DNA of 54,702 bases, taken from contig CAZOBL010000002.1 in NCBI GenBank assembly GCA_964578185.1, forward strand, positions 15,007 to 69,708. Reading direction: 5' to 3'. The position numbers and the translations under genes are program-made. Positions 27,396 through 37,302 of the stretch are shown one piece after another (within the stretch, counting starts at the first letter, position 1; every line of letters starts with the position of its first letter). The notes below the pieces were generated by a model. That model saw only the letters and a list, made by a program, of their open reading frames with translations. It searched no databases and was not told the origin of the DNA. The DNA is from an uncultured Thermoplasmatales archaeon (GTDB taxonomy: Archaea; Thermoplasmatota; E2; DHVEG-1).

Positions 27396-28397
27396 TCAAA
27401 AAGCTATATTTTCAAAAATTAATTGTATTAATATATCAAAAAATATTATGTTAAAAGATATTAGAAAATAGTCAAATCCTCTTCGACCAACTGTGGCAGC
27501 AATATCTTTTTTATTGCCCTTGGTCTTTAACAATTTATAAGAATATCTCATTATTATTAACCAATTAATTGTAAACAATATTAAAAATAAAGGTGAAAGT
27601 ATTGTTTTAATATAGAGTAAAACTGCAAAAAATCCTGACATTAAAAACCAGATAAATGAGAAGATCGAGGCTTTTCTCTCTCCAAATGATGTCGCATATG
27701 TTTTCACACCATGTATCTCATCCCCTTTCATGTCAACTATTCCTTCTGCAATATCATGAGCATTGTCAGCAAAATAAGTAAAAAGGATTAAGATCAGTAG
27801 ATTATGTACCTCAGGTAATTTTGTTTGAATATCTCCTAAAAATGAAACAGATAGTACAATAGAGTTATGTTGAGGTAGGGCAGTCCAAATTGCAAAATAT
27901 CCAAAAATAGCTACGACTATCCATTGTATGGGTGTGAATATCTCTGAATATGCTGGAATTTTAACTCTTTTTTTGAGATATTTATCGTGAAATGTTACAA
28001 ATAAGGCAGCAAAACCTGTCACAATTAAACATAGTGTACTTACAAGGTATGCAAAAATAAAAGTTGTAGCGGAAAATATTAAGGCAATTCCAAAAAATTT
28101 ATTTTTGCTAATACGACCTGAAGGAATTGGCCTATCTGGATGGGCAATACTGTCTATATCTGCATCTGTGATATCATTCCATATTAATGCTGCAAAATAC
28201 CCAGAGTAAAGAGATAATATTGTAAAAATAACAATTTTAATTATATCAGCGTTATAAGGTTTTATACCATATGCTAGTAAAGGTATACTAGCATACATTA
28301 ATGCATAACTTATCATCTCATATGTTGGTAAGCTTCTCCATTTTGAGATGAAATTTATTGGATTTTTATTTTTAGAATTATTTTGTTTTCCAGTCAT
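27396..28397 (-). CDS. UbiA superfamily aromatic/isoprenoid prenyltransferase
   Basis: First Asp-rich motif WNDITDADID; second DNAHDIAEGIVDMKGDEIHG. Eight to nine TM helices. Confidence 0.85.
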   Translation of the reverse strand: MTGKQNNSKNKNPINFISKWRSLPTYEMISYALMYASIPLLAYGIKPYNADIIKIVIFTILSLYSGYFAALIWNDITDADIDSIAHPDRPIPSGRISKNKFFGIALIFSATTFIFAYLVSTLCLIVTGFAALFVTFHDKYLKKRVKIPAYSEIFTPIQWIVVAIFGYFAIWTALPQHNSIVLSVSFLGDIQTKLPEVHNLLILILFTYFADNAHDIAEGIVDMKGDEIHGVKTYATSFGERKASIFSFIWFLMSGFFAVLLYIKTILSPLFLILFTINWLIIMRYSYKLLKTKGNKKDIAATVGRRGFDYFLISFNIIFFDILIQLIFENIAF

Positions 28398-28537
28398 TTG
28401 ATCATTTTAATAAATTTTTTTTATTATTGGCATGCATTATGTGTTATTCATATTTTTATTTTTTTTATAAAAGAATATAAAGGGGTTGTCCATACATCGT
28501 GTGAAATACTAAGTACTATGTACATGGGGTATAATTT

Positions 28538-28855
28538 ATGAATTTGACTTTACCACCTGAGCCAAAAGCTCTAAAAAAACAATTAACCAAACAGATTAAA
28601 GGCATAGGTTCGAAAATTGATTCATTAACAGTTTGGTTTGGAAATAAACTTCCAAGTTATCTTTGGAAAGAAAGCGAATGGTCTAGACCTTTGAAAAAAG
28701 AAGGTTATAATTGGCAGAGTTTTCTAAAACTCCTTTCATTGCATAAAAAAGATATGATAAAATGGTCTAATGATACTATGTCCTGGAGAGATCTTTTATT
28801 CGAAATTGAAAAAACGATTAAAGATCCCTTATTTAAGAAAATATTGACGACATAA
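28538..28855 (+). CDS. Hypothetical protein
   Basis: 105-aa ORF, 9 nt upstream of the radical SAM gene. No recognisable motif. Confidence 0.4.
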   Translation: MNLTLPPEPKALKKQLTKQIKGIGSKIDSLTVWFGNKLPSYLWKESEWSRPLKKEGYNWQSFLKLLSLHKKDMIKWSNDTMSWRDLLFEIEKTIKDPLFKKILTT

Positions 28856-28864
28856 TTTTGAGGA

Positions 28865-30511
28865 GTGTTTTTAAGTTTGAAAGCTAAAGTTGATGGTTAT
28901 CCAATTGTTCTTGCTGCTTCACAGGCTGAGGCAAATGAATTTGATAACAATCCGTTTTCTGCATTTATCTGTACATTCCCTAAAAAATTCTCTGGTTATG
29001 CACTAAAAGATTATTTAGATAACATTCCGGTTAATAGTGACAGTTCTGCTAAGCGTACAATTTATGGTCTTCGAAAGGTCGAGTCTATTTTAGTAGATGA
29101 ATATGGCAGAGAAAACGTAGTATGCACTCATTATAATCAACTTCATAATTTCATTGGAAAAAATACAAAAGTTTTAGGTATTTCAACTATGGATCCTATG
29201 GGTCTTGCTTATGTTTCTACTACATATAATAGTTTGATTGGTTTTGGTGGTGAGGCTCTTAATTCTTCAGAATTTATAAAACTAGTTACACATCCTTCTG
29301 TTAAAAAATATAAACCAAAGGTTATAGTTGGTGGTCAAGGTGCCTGGCAAATTTCTGAAGCTGGTATGCAAAAAAGTCTTGGAATTGATTACATCTTTCA
29401 GGGTGAAGGGGAAGAAGATATCGTTAAAGTTTTTAGAAAGTTGATGAATGAGGAGAAAATCCCTTCTATTTATCAAGCTAAGCGCCCGGATCGTAGCAAA
29501 GTTCCAGTTATAAAACATGCTGCATGTTACGGCATGGTTGAAATTATGCGAGGATGCGGGAGGGGTTGTGCTTTTTGCAGTCCTACCATGCGTTCAAGAT
29601 ATAGTTTTCCAATCGATCACATTATGAAAGAAGTGGAAGTGAATATTAGAGAAGGCGGAGATACTATTTTTACGGTTACAGAAGATATTTTCTTGTATAA
29701 ATGTAAGGAAAACTTCATCCCAAATAGAGAAGAGGTAGTAAAACTCTATAAAAATATCGCAAACTTCCCTGGTGTTGAATACATCCTTCTTTCCCATGGT
29801 AGTTTTGCACCAATCTTATATGATAAAAAACTTTTAGATGAGCTTACACCCATTTTAATTGAGAAAACCAAGTGGACGCCAAAGACTAGTTATATGTATA
29901 AAAAACCTTTCATATCTGTTGAAATGGGTATTGAAACCGGCAGCGTCCGACTCATGAAGAAATATATGAGAGGTAAAGCTCTTCCTTTTAATGTTGACAG
30001 ATGGCCTGAGATTGTTGTAGAGGCAATTGGTCAACTTAATGACCATGACTGGTATCCTCTTTGTACAATTATGACTGGTCAACCTGATGAACGTGAAGAG
30101 GATGTTTTAGCTACATTAGAGTTGATTGATGATTTACGCGCTCATAATTCTAAGATGTTTTATACACCTGTGCTTTTCATTCCGCTTAAAGAAGCAGTTT
30201 TAAGCAACTCTAGACGTGCAAATCTTGACAGCTTAAATGAACTTCAATGGGAGGTTTTATCTCGTTGTTGGCGTAATAATATAGATTTTTGGGCTCCAGA
30301 TATGCAAAAATATGTCGGGCCAGTGTTTTTCTTTTCTCATTGGCTGTATTATCGTTGGAAGCATGGTAAGAAATCTACTCGTCCTATGATGCGGCTTGCT
30401 GGTTTACCGGTGGTTGGTAAAGTAGATAAAAAATGCGATCCCTCTTATTGCAACTCAATTAATGATAAAGAAGGGACATTAAAAAGGTTGGAGAGCTTTC
30501 TTAGACATTAA
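28865..30511 (+). CDS. Radical SAM protein with N-terminal B12-binding-like domain and long C-terminal extension
   Basis: MRGCGRGCAFCSP cluster motif preceded by VLGISTMDP...VIVGGQGA. Start is ambiguous (GTG 28865 or TTG 28877). Confidence 0.78.
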   Translation: MFLSLKAKVDGYPIVLAASQAEANEFDNNPFSAFICTFPKKFSGYALKDYLDNIPVNSDSSAKRTIYGLRKVESILVDEYGRENVVCTHYNQLHNFIGKNTKVLGISTMDPMGLAYVSTTYNSLIGFGGEALNSSEFIKLVTHPSVKKYKPKVIVGGQGAWQISEAGMQKSLGIDYIFQGEGEEDIVKVFRKLMNEEKIPSIYQAKRPDRSKVPVIKHAACYGMVEIMRGCGRGCAFCSPTMRSRYSFPIDHIMKEVEVNIREGGDTIFTVTEDIFLYKCKENFIPNREEVVKLYKNIANFPGVEYILLSHGSFAPILYDKKLLDELTPILIEKTKWTPKTSYMYKKPFISVEMGIETGSVRLMKKYMRGKALPFNVDRWPEIVVEAIGQLNDHDWYPLCTIMTGQPDEREEDVLATLELIDDLRAHNSKMFYTPVLFIPLKEAVLSNSRRANLDSLNELQWEVLSRCWRNNIDFWAPDMQKYVGPVFFFSHWLYYRWKHGKKSTRPMMRLAGLPVVGKVDKKCDPSYCNSINDKEGTLKRLESFLRH

Positions 30512-31863
30512 CTTTCCATAAAGGCTTTGTATGCCAGATATGTTGAGTAAATATCTACTTTGCTTGTAATTTCAAATGGTGCATGCATACTCATAACTGC
30601 AGGACCCATATCAATTACTTCCATCCCAAGTCTTGAGAAATATTTAGCTATGGTCCCTCCACCACCTTTATCTACTTTTCCAAGTTCTCCAGTCTGCCAT
30701 GGGATTTTGTTTTTGTTAAGCATCGTTCTTATTTCATATACATATTCTGCTGTTGCATCATTTGCACTATATTTGCCTCCATGGCCTGTGAATTTAGTCA
30801 TTACAATGCCATATCCTAGTGCAGATGCGTTTTTCAGTTCAAATACTTCTGTGTAATTTGGTGTTACTGCTGCATTCACATCTGCAGATATTACTTTTGA
30901 TTTTAGCATAACTTCATCAACATCTACCTTGGGGTCTAATTGTTTGATAACTGATCTTAAAAAAGTTGTAACTTGTGCCGACTGATTTCCTTCGCTTCCA
31001 ATTTCTTCTTTATCAACAAATAATGCAATTGACGTATGTATTGTTTCGGAAGTATCTAAAATAGCTTTCATTGAGGTATATGCACATACTCTGTCATCTT
31101 GGCCGTATCCACCAATCATTGATTTATCAAAACCAACCTCTCGTGGTTTACATGCAGGCACAGCTTGCAGTTCTGCCGATATAAAATCTTCTTCAATTAA
31201 TCCATAGTCCTTGTTTAATTTCTCAAGTATATTGGCTTTAATTTTTTCTTTAATTTCCCCTCCTTTTATTGGTTTACTACCAATCATAATATCTAGATTC
31301 TCACCTTTTATAGCATCTGAAACTTTTTTTGTATCCTGTACTTCGTGTGAAAGATGAGGCAGAAGATCTGGTACGCAAAATACCGGATCCTTTTCTTTTT
31401 CCCCTATTTTAAAACTAATCTTTTTCCCGTTCTTTGTTAAGATCACTCCATGCAAGGATAAGGGAATTGTAAGCCATTGGAATTTTTTTATTCCGCCATA
31501 ATAATGTGTTTCAAAAAGTGCAATATTGCTATCCGAATCTTCAAACAAAGGTATTTGTTTGATATCTAAACGAGGTGAGTCGACATGTGCGATTACAATT
31601 TTCAATCCTTCTTTTACTGGTTTTTTCCCAGGTTGAATAATTGCTGCTTCTGATTCTCTATTTAAAATAATTTTTTTATTCTTCTTTTTTGCTTGTTTTT
31701 TAATATATTCAATGGACTCTCTTTCTGTTTTTGATTCTTCTAAAAATTTTATATAATTTTCACAAAATTTGAACGAATCTTTAATTTGTTTATCTGAAAA
31801 TTTTTTCCAAGCAGATTCTTTATTATATGCATGTTTACTTTCTTTTTTGTCTTTTTTTGCCAT
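30508..31863 (-). CDS. M18 family aminopeptidase (aspartyl aminopeptidase-like)
   Basis: IAHVDSPRLDIKQ, YGQDDRVC, VDKEEIGS, GGGGTIAKY, SMHAPFE. Confidence 0.88.
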   Translation of the reverse strand: MAKKDKKESKHAYNKESAWKKFSDKQIKDSFKFCENYIKFLEESKTERESIEYIKKQAKKKNKKIILNRESEAAIIQPGKKPVKEGLKIVIAHVDSPRLDIKQIPLFEDSDSNIALFETHYYGGIKKFQWLTIPLSLHGVILTKNGKKISFKIGEKEKDPVFCVPDLLPHLSHEVQDTKKVSDAIKGENLDIMIGSKPIKGGEIKEKIKANILEKLNKDYGLIEEDFISAELQAVPACKPREVGFDKSMIGGYGQDDRVCAYTSMKAILDTSETIHTSIALFVDKEEIGSEGNQSAQVTTFLRSVIKQLDPKVDVDEVMLKSKVISADVNAAVTPNYTEVFELKNASALGYGIVMTKFTGHGGKYSANDATAEYVYEIRTMLNKNKIPWQTGELGKVDKGGGGTIAKYFSRLGMEVIDMGPAVMSMHAPFEITSKVDIYSTYLAYKAFMES

Positions 31864-31950
31864 TTAATCTATCCTCTAAATATTAGTGATAATGTTTTCA
31901 AATAAAAATATAACTAAAAAGATAGAATATAATGAAAGAAAAAAAGAGAT

Positions 31951-32931
31951 TTATTTTTTCATGATGTATACTAGTACTGCTACCCCGGCGATGATTATTA
32001 CTGCAACAAGTCCAATAAACATTAGTAAACCTTCTGAATCTGCTTCATCATCTTTGTCATTTGGATCGCCGTTTCCAGGTGGCGTGTCATCACCATTCTC
32101 ACCGTTATCACTACCGCCATTGCTGTCCGATTCAGTTATTGAAACATCATAATATGCCACGCCAAGTTTTGTGTTATTGTCATCATATACTAGTAATTCA
32201 ATCTCATAATCTCCTGCTGAATCATATGAATAAGTTGGATTTTGACCACTACGTGTACCACCATCTTCATCTCCGAAACTCCATTCCCAGTTATAATCAG
32301 ATGCACTACCTTGCTGTACTGAACCAGTAAATGTTAGATTTTCATCTGTTTCACCACTTGAAGGGCCACTAATTGAAACATCTACCACTTCTGTGTCTGT
32401 TGCAATATCAATATATATTGAAGAACTGGTAAGACTATATGTTGAAGCCATTGCCATTGTATATACATAATTTTCATCAGAGGATCCTAAATCAAAATTT
32501 GCAGTTAGAGAAGAACCTGTATTTGTATGTGTTATATCCTCTCCATTTAGAGTACAATTGCCATCCCAATAAGAAATATCGTAAATATCGTCAGAAGTTG
32601 TAATAGAAATCTGATACATTGTCGTTAAAGAATCAGATATGCTCCCATCTGAATTTATATTCATTTGAACTGTAGCTGTTGTACCACCCAGTTCTTTAGA
32701 ATAACTTACTTGAGTGATATCAATATCCGGATGATCATCTGTTGTTGGTAGATTATCACCACCTAAAATAATATCAATTTCATTAAAATCCATATCGCTG
32801 TTTTCATCAAATACAATTACATCATCTTCAGCATCAATTATTGTCTGCTCATCTTCAGCCGATACACTACCTGCCAATACTAATACTGCTGTTAACATTA
32901 AAGATAGAATTATTGCTTTTTGTTTCAACAT
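31951..32931 (-). CDS. Secreted PKD-domain protein with C-terminal TM anchor
   Basis: Signal peptide LMLTAVLVLAGSVSA. PKD-like WEWSFGDEDGGTRSGQNPTYSYDSAGDYEIELLVYDDNN. Acidic linker, then LLMFIGLVAVIIIAGVAVLVYIMKK. Confidence 0.75.
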   Translation of the reverse strand: MLKQKAIILSLMLTAVLVLAGSVSAEDEQTIIDAEDDVIVFDENSDMDFNEIDIILGGDNLPTTDDHPDIDITQVSYSKELGGTTATVQMNINSDGSISDSLTTMYQISITTSDDIYDISYWDGNCTLNGEDITHTNTGSSLTANFDLGSSDENYVYTMAMASTYSLTSSSIYIDIATDTEVVDVSISGPSSGETDENLTFTGSVQQGSASDYNWEWSFGDEDGGTRSGQNPTYSYDSAGDYEIELLVYDDNNTKLGVAYYDVSITESDSNGGSDNGENGDDTPPGNGDPNDKDDEADSEGLLMFIGLVAVIIIAGVAVLVYIMKK

Positions 32932-33057
32932 TTTTTATCACTTATTTTTTGGTTTTTTTGATTAGACTGTATTCTTATTATGTTTTTAATTGTTTATAAA
33001 AGTTATTTTAATTTTTGTATCACACTATTAATAACTGATTATTCTCAAATAGTTATT

Positions 33058-33402
33058 TTATTTTAGCTTTTTTTTCAAATCTTTCATTGTTGTTGTTAAA
33101 TCATCCAAAGTTGATTCTAATGTGCCGAGTGTATCATGAACTTTATCAGTAACCATTGCTCCATTAGGTGAAGGCTCTATTATTCCATCCTTTTCAAGTG
33201 TTCTAAGGGAGTATCTTATCATATGTTGTGGCTGTCCGGTCATTTTTGAAAGTCGGATTATACCTATAGGTCCCTGGTCTTGTACAGTTTTTAAAACTTC
33301 TACATGTCTGCTTAGTAAATTTATTTCTTTTTCTGCAACACTTGTTATACTCGATCTTTTTTCTTCTTTTACCAAAAAATACCTCCTGACAATTGTTAAC
33401 AT
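33058..33402 (-). CDS. Winged-helix DNA-binding protein (archaeal HTH regulator)
   Basis: LLSRHVEVLKTVQDQGPIGIIRLSKMTGQPQHMIRYSLRTLEKDGII has the wHTH pattern. Start is uncertain. Confidence 0.6.
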   Translation of the reverse strand: MLTIVRRYFLVKEEKRSSITSVAEKEINLLSRHVEVLKTVQDQGPIGIIRLSKMTGQPQHMIRYSLRTLEKDGIIEPSPNGAMVTDKVHDTLGTLESTLDDLTTTMKDLKKKLK

Positions 33403-33517
33403 AATACATTACACATATTTATTCTTTACTCAATTAAGATAAAAACCTTTTTAATAACCTATAGAAAATCTTGATTTATACCAAAAATATAAGACTCATA
33501 ATTATATTCCACATATC

Positions 33518-33760
33518 ATGGCAACTGGATTTGCACTAATAACAATAAGCCCGTTACATGAAAAAACCGTATACGAGGCTTTAAAAAATATGCCCAGTGT
33601 TATAGAGGTTCACCCACTTTTTGGAGAATATGATATTTTAGTAAAAATTGAAAGTGGAAATATTGACGAGATCGGCTCCGTTGTAATAAAACGCATCAGG
33701 TCACTCAAAGGCGTAGTTGATACAAAAACTCTTGTAAGTACTAGTAGTTTATCTGGGTAA
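33518..33760 (+). CDS. Stand-alone Lrp/AsnC ligand-binding (RAM) domain protein
   Basis: 80 aa. Beta-alpha-beta-beta-alpha-beta pattern: AFALITISP...VYEALKNMPSVIEVHPLFGEYDILVKIE...IRSLKGVVDTKTLV. Confidence 0.75.
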   Translation: MATGFALITISPLHEKTVYEALKNMPSVIEVHPLFGEYDILVKIESGNIDEIGSVVIKRIRSLKGVVDTKTLVSTSSLSG

Positions 33761-33815
33761 AAAATTAAATATTTTTTTATCAAATTTTTCATTTCTTTTT
33801 TTATTGTGCATAAAA

Positions 33816-34844
33816 TCAATAAGTAGGATTTACTAATGGATATCTATCTATGCTACAGCCGCCAGATATTTGTCTTTGATGATCCCAAATGCCATCTTTG
33901 TTTTCATCAACATCTTCAAAATCGCTCCAATAGTTGCCATAAGAACCATTATCCCATTGATTGGTATCTTCATCAAATCCATGTTTTTTATTTCTAACAA
34001 AGTTGTTTTTATAGATAACATTACCGTTGGAACCATCGAATATTTTCAATCCTATTAAGCTGTGGTAAAAATTACAACTCTCAATTATGTTATAATCTGA
34101 ATTATTAAATACATTCATGGCGGGGTAACTTAAGCAGAATGACACTTTACAATGTTTCACCGTGTTATTTGATGATTTAAAAATATTTATTCCTGTTTTT
34201 TTACAATTACAGTTAGAAATCAAGTTATTAGATGTGTTATCCCACAAACATATACCACACCTATAGTTGCGATTATAACAACTCTCTATTGTATTATTAG
34301 TAGAACCACGATTAATTCCAATACCGTGAAAATTCCTCCAACAGTTACAGTTTAAAACCAAGTTATTATGAGAATTATTTTCTATAGTGATCGCACCTTT
34401 CATACCTGAGATATAACAATTTTTTATTTTTCCATTCGACACATTAAAAAGGTTAATTGCGACGCATCCAGAAAATAGTTTGGTTTTTGATATTAAAAAT
34501 GCAAATTTACCATCTATAAAATGAATATAACAGTTTTCGATAATAAAATATGATTTTGTGTTTTTGATTGAAATCGCATCATTTCCAAAAAGATTATCTT
34601 TTAGCGATATACGTATATTCCAATTAGAAATTATAAAAGGGTTTTCTTGTGTTCCGTTCCCTGAAACTACTCCATTTTCTTTGATAAAATCATTATCCCC
34701 TTCTATGTATATTGGATTATGATTTAACCTGAAAAATCCAACCCCTTCAAATTTCTCGGTGTATTTATCTGCTTTTATAGGTGTAAAAATCGTAAATAAA
34801 AATAAACTTACTATGAATATTATCGTAAATTTTTTATGAATCAT
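33816..34844 (-). CDS. Secreted right-handed parallel beta-helix repeat protein (NosD-like)
   Basis: Signal peptide. Reiterated ~22-aa turns of the form N..I.NC.I. (IENCYIHF, IKNCYISG, VLNCNCWRN, IESCYNRN, ISNCNCKK, VKHCKVS, IESCNFYH). C-terminal acidic DVDENKDGIWD. Confidence 0.7.
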   Translation of the reverse strand: MIHKKFTIIFIVSLFLFTIFTPIKADKYTEKFEGVGFFRLNHNPIYIEGDNDFIKENGVVSGNGTQENPFIISNWNIRISLKDNLFGNDAISIKNTKSYFIIENCYIHFIDGKFAFLISKTKLFSGCVAINLFNVSNGKIKNCYISGMKGAITIENNSHNNLVLNCNCWRNFHGIGINRGSTNNTIESCYNRNYRCGICLWDNTSNNLISNCNCKKTGINIFKSSNNTVKHCKVSFCLSYPAMNVFNNSDYNIIESCNFYHSLIGLKIFDGSNGNVIYKNNFVRNKKHGFDEDTNQWDNGSYGNYWSDFEDVDENKDGIWDHQRQISGGCSIDRYPLVNPTY

Positions 34845-34925
34845 TATGGACTGCCCAATATATTATAAGAACATATATATAAAAATTTTTGTTAAAAATG
34901 AAAGAAACTACTTGAAAAACCTTCC

Positions 34926-36431
34926 TCAATGATAAATATTAAAATATTTATCTTTCAAATAATCCACAAAAACCTTTGAATTCAAACCTTCACTACAACA
35001 GTTTCTTATTATGTCCTCCGCCATCATAACTCTACCATGATTGTGAATATTTTTTCTAAGCCAATTTAGTATATTTTTAAATTCACCGTTTTCTATATCA
35101 GAATTAAGATTCTCAAATTCTTTAGAAATTTGATTGAATATCTGAGCAGAATATATAGTTCCAATTGCATAAGTAGGAAAGTAACCAAAGTTCCCCCCGC
35201 TCCAATGCATATCCTGTAGTACACCCTCTACATCATTTGAAGGATATATACCAAGCATATCATCCATCTTTTCATTCCAAACTTCCGTAAGATCCGACAC
35301 CTCAATTTTCCCCTCCATTAAATCTGTTTCGATCTCAAATCTAAGTATAACATGCAAACAATAAGTAAGCTCATCTGCCTCAACTCTTATCAAAGAAGGC
35401 TCAACAAGATTTACAATTTTATACCACGAAAATAAATCTATATCTTTGAATTCCTTAGGAGCAATCTTTTTAAACTCAGGAAAAAAGTTTTTCCAAAAAG
35501 ACATATTTCGCCCTATCATATTCTCCCAAAAACGGGATTGAGATTCATGAATTCCTAATGAGGGGGAATCTGAGATTACAGTATCCTTGTAATCGCCCTT
35601 TGGCATACCCAGTTCATATAAAGCATGGCCTGCTTCATGAATTGTTGAAAAAAACGAGAAGAAAGGACCTTGCCTGTTAAAACTAGTGGTAATCCTCACA
35701 TCATAATTTCCCATACTAGTTGTAAATGGATGGGTTGACTCATCAAGACGGGTTGAATGCTCTGGTAATTTCATTTTTTTCAAAATTATTTTACAAATCT
35801 TCTTTTGTTTTTCAGGGCTTATAACGCCATTAAATTTTTTTTGATTTTTAAAAAATTCTGTATTTTTAATTTTTTCAAGAATTTCTATTAGTTCAGGTTT
35901 TAGAAAACTAAATTCTTTTCTAAGTTTATCAACTGTCATCCCTTCTTCATAGTCATCGAGAAGAGTATTGTATTTTGGCCCAGGAATATTAAAAAAAGTG
36001 CAGTATTCTTTTTCTAAATCTACAATTTTTTCAAGATAAGGTGAAAAGATTTTATAATCTTTTTTCTCTCTTGCTCTCTCCCATTCTTGGTAAGCAAGTG
36101 TTGTTGTTTTTGATAGTTTTTCTACAAAATCTGGTGGAACACATCTTGCTTTTTCCACGTCTTTATAAAGTCTTTTTACGACGTTTTTATCATTTTCTGA
36201 TAAATTTTTAAAATTTGATTCTTTTTCTAATTTTTTAATATGATCCCAGAACTGCTCTGATGTTACTTTTTTATGTGAAATTTTTGAAATAAGAGCAGAC
36301 TGCTCAGATTTTTCTTGTGCCCCCATCTTTGGCATATATGTCATCTGATCCCAGCCAATAAGTGATCCTATTCCACCTAGAATTGATAGTTCCTTTTGTC
36401 GCTTATAAATAAAATCAAGTGAATCTTTCAT
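34926..36431 (-). CDS. M32 carboxypeptidase (Taq-type metallocarboxypeptidase)
   Basis: HEAGHALYE zinc motif, HESQSRFWEN, DEL(T)Y.LH, GYFPTY. Confidence 0.9.
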   Translation of the reverse strand: MKDSLDFIYKRQKELSILGGIGSLIGWDQMTYMPKMGAQEKSEQSALISKISHKKVTSEQFWDHIKKLEKESNFKNLSENDKNVVKRLYKDVEKARCVPPDFVEKLSKTTTLAYQEWERAREKKDYKIFSPYLEKIVDLEKEYCTFFNIPGPKYNTLLDDYEEGMTVDKLRKEFSFLKPELIEILEKIKNTEFFKNQKKFNGVISPEKQKKICKIILKKMKLPEHSTRLDESTHPFTTSMGNYDVRITTSFNRQGPFFSFFSTIHEAGHALYELGMPKGDYKDTVISDSPSLGIHESQSRFWENMIGRNMSFWKNFFPEFKKIAPKEFKDIDLFSWYKIVNLVEPSLIRVEADELTYCLHVILRFEIETDLMEGKIEVSDLTEVWNEKMDDMLGIYPSNDVEGVLQDMHWSGGNFGYFPTYAIGTIYSAQIFNQISKEFENLNSDIENGEFKNILNWLRKNIHNHGRVMMAEDIIRNCCSEGLNSKVFVDYLKDKYFNIYH

Positions 36432-36436
36432 ATCCT

Positions 36437-37201
36437 CTATACCTCAATTTTTATTCCAACAGGACAATGATCCGATCCTGTTACATCCTGCAATATAAAT
36501 GCATTTTTAACTTTTGGCAGGAATTCTTTATTTACAAAAAAATAATCAAGCCTCCATCCAACATTACGCTCACGAGCTCGTGTTCTCATACTCCACCATG
36601 TATATTGTTTTGATTCTTTATTGAAATGTCTAAAAGTATCTACATATCCATGGTCTATAAATGTATCAATCCATGCACGTTCTACAGGTAAAAAACCTGA
36701 TATGTTTTCATTTGCCTTTGGGTGTTCCAAGTCTATTTCTTTGTGTGCTGTGTTAAAATCTCCACATACCACAATATTTTTCCCTTTTACCTTCAGGTTA
36801 TCTGCATATGCTAGGAAAGTATCATAGAAATCAAGTTTGTAATCAAGCCGCTCCTGGTTTTTTTTACCATTAGGATAATATATGTTGAATAAAACAAAAT
36901 CATCAAACTCTGTAATAAGTGTTCTACCTTCACGGTCAAATTTTTCTATTCCAAAACCATGTTTTATATCATTTGGTTTAAACCTTGTGTAGGTTGTAAC
37001 ACCGCTGTATCCTTTTCTTTCTGCTGAATTTATATAAACATGGTATCCTGGAGTATTTTTTAGATGAGGTGGGATTTGCTCCGGTTTCGCCTTTATTTCC
37101 TGTAAACATAAAACATCAGGTTTTTCTTTTTTAAACCAATCAAAAAGCCCTTTACGATCAGCTGCTCTTATTCCGTTTACATTCCATGAGATAATTTTCA
37201 T
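36437..37201 (-). CDS. xth: Exodeoxyribonuclease III
   Basis: [43 protein letters not shown]. Confidence 0.92.
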   Translation of the reverse strand: MKIISWNVNGIRAADRKGLFDWFKKEKPDVLCLQEIKAKPEQIPPHLKNTPGYHVYINSAERKGYSGVTTYTRFKPNDIKHGFGIEKFDREGRTLITEFDDFVLFNIYYPNGKKNQERLDYKLDFYDTFLAYADNLKVKGKNIVVCGDFNTAHKEIDLEHPKANENISGFLPVERAWIDTFIDHGYVDTFRHFNKESKQYTWWSMRTRARERNVGWRLDYFFVNKEFLPKVKNAFILQDVTGSDHCPVGIKIEV

Positions 37202-37302
37202 AATTGTTCGAGTGTAATGTTTTATTGTATGTTAAGTTTAGTCTTACTCTTTTTTTAGTTCTACAGTAAATCTTTTTATGTATTAATTTTTTTAGTTTTT
37301 TT

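Noticed and set aside
28470-28530. Imperfect inverted repeat (CCATACAT ... ATGTACATGG) upstream of 28538
   Set aside because: It is only an 8-bp stem with a 2-nt bulge and a ~20-nt loop in a promoter region. It is too weak to call a regulatory hairpin or riboswitch.
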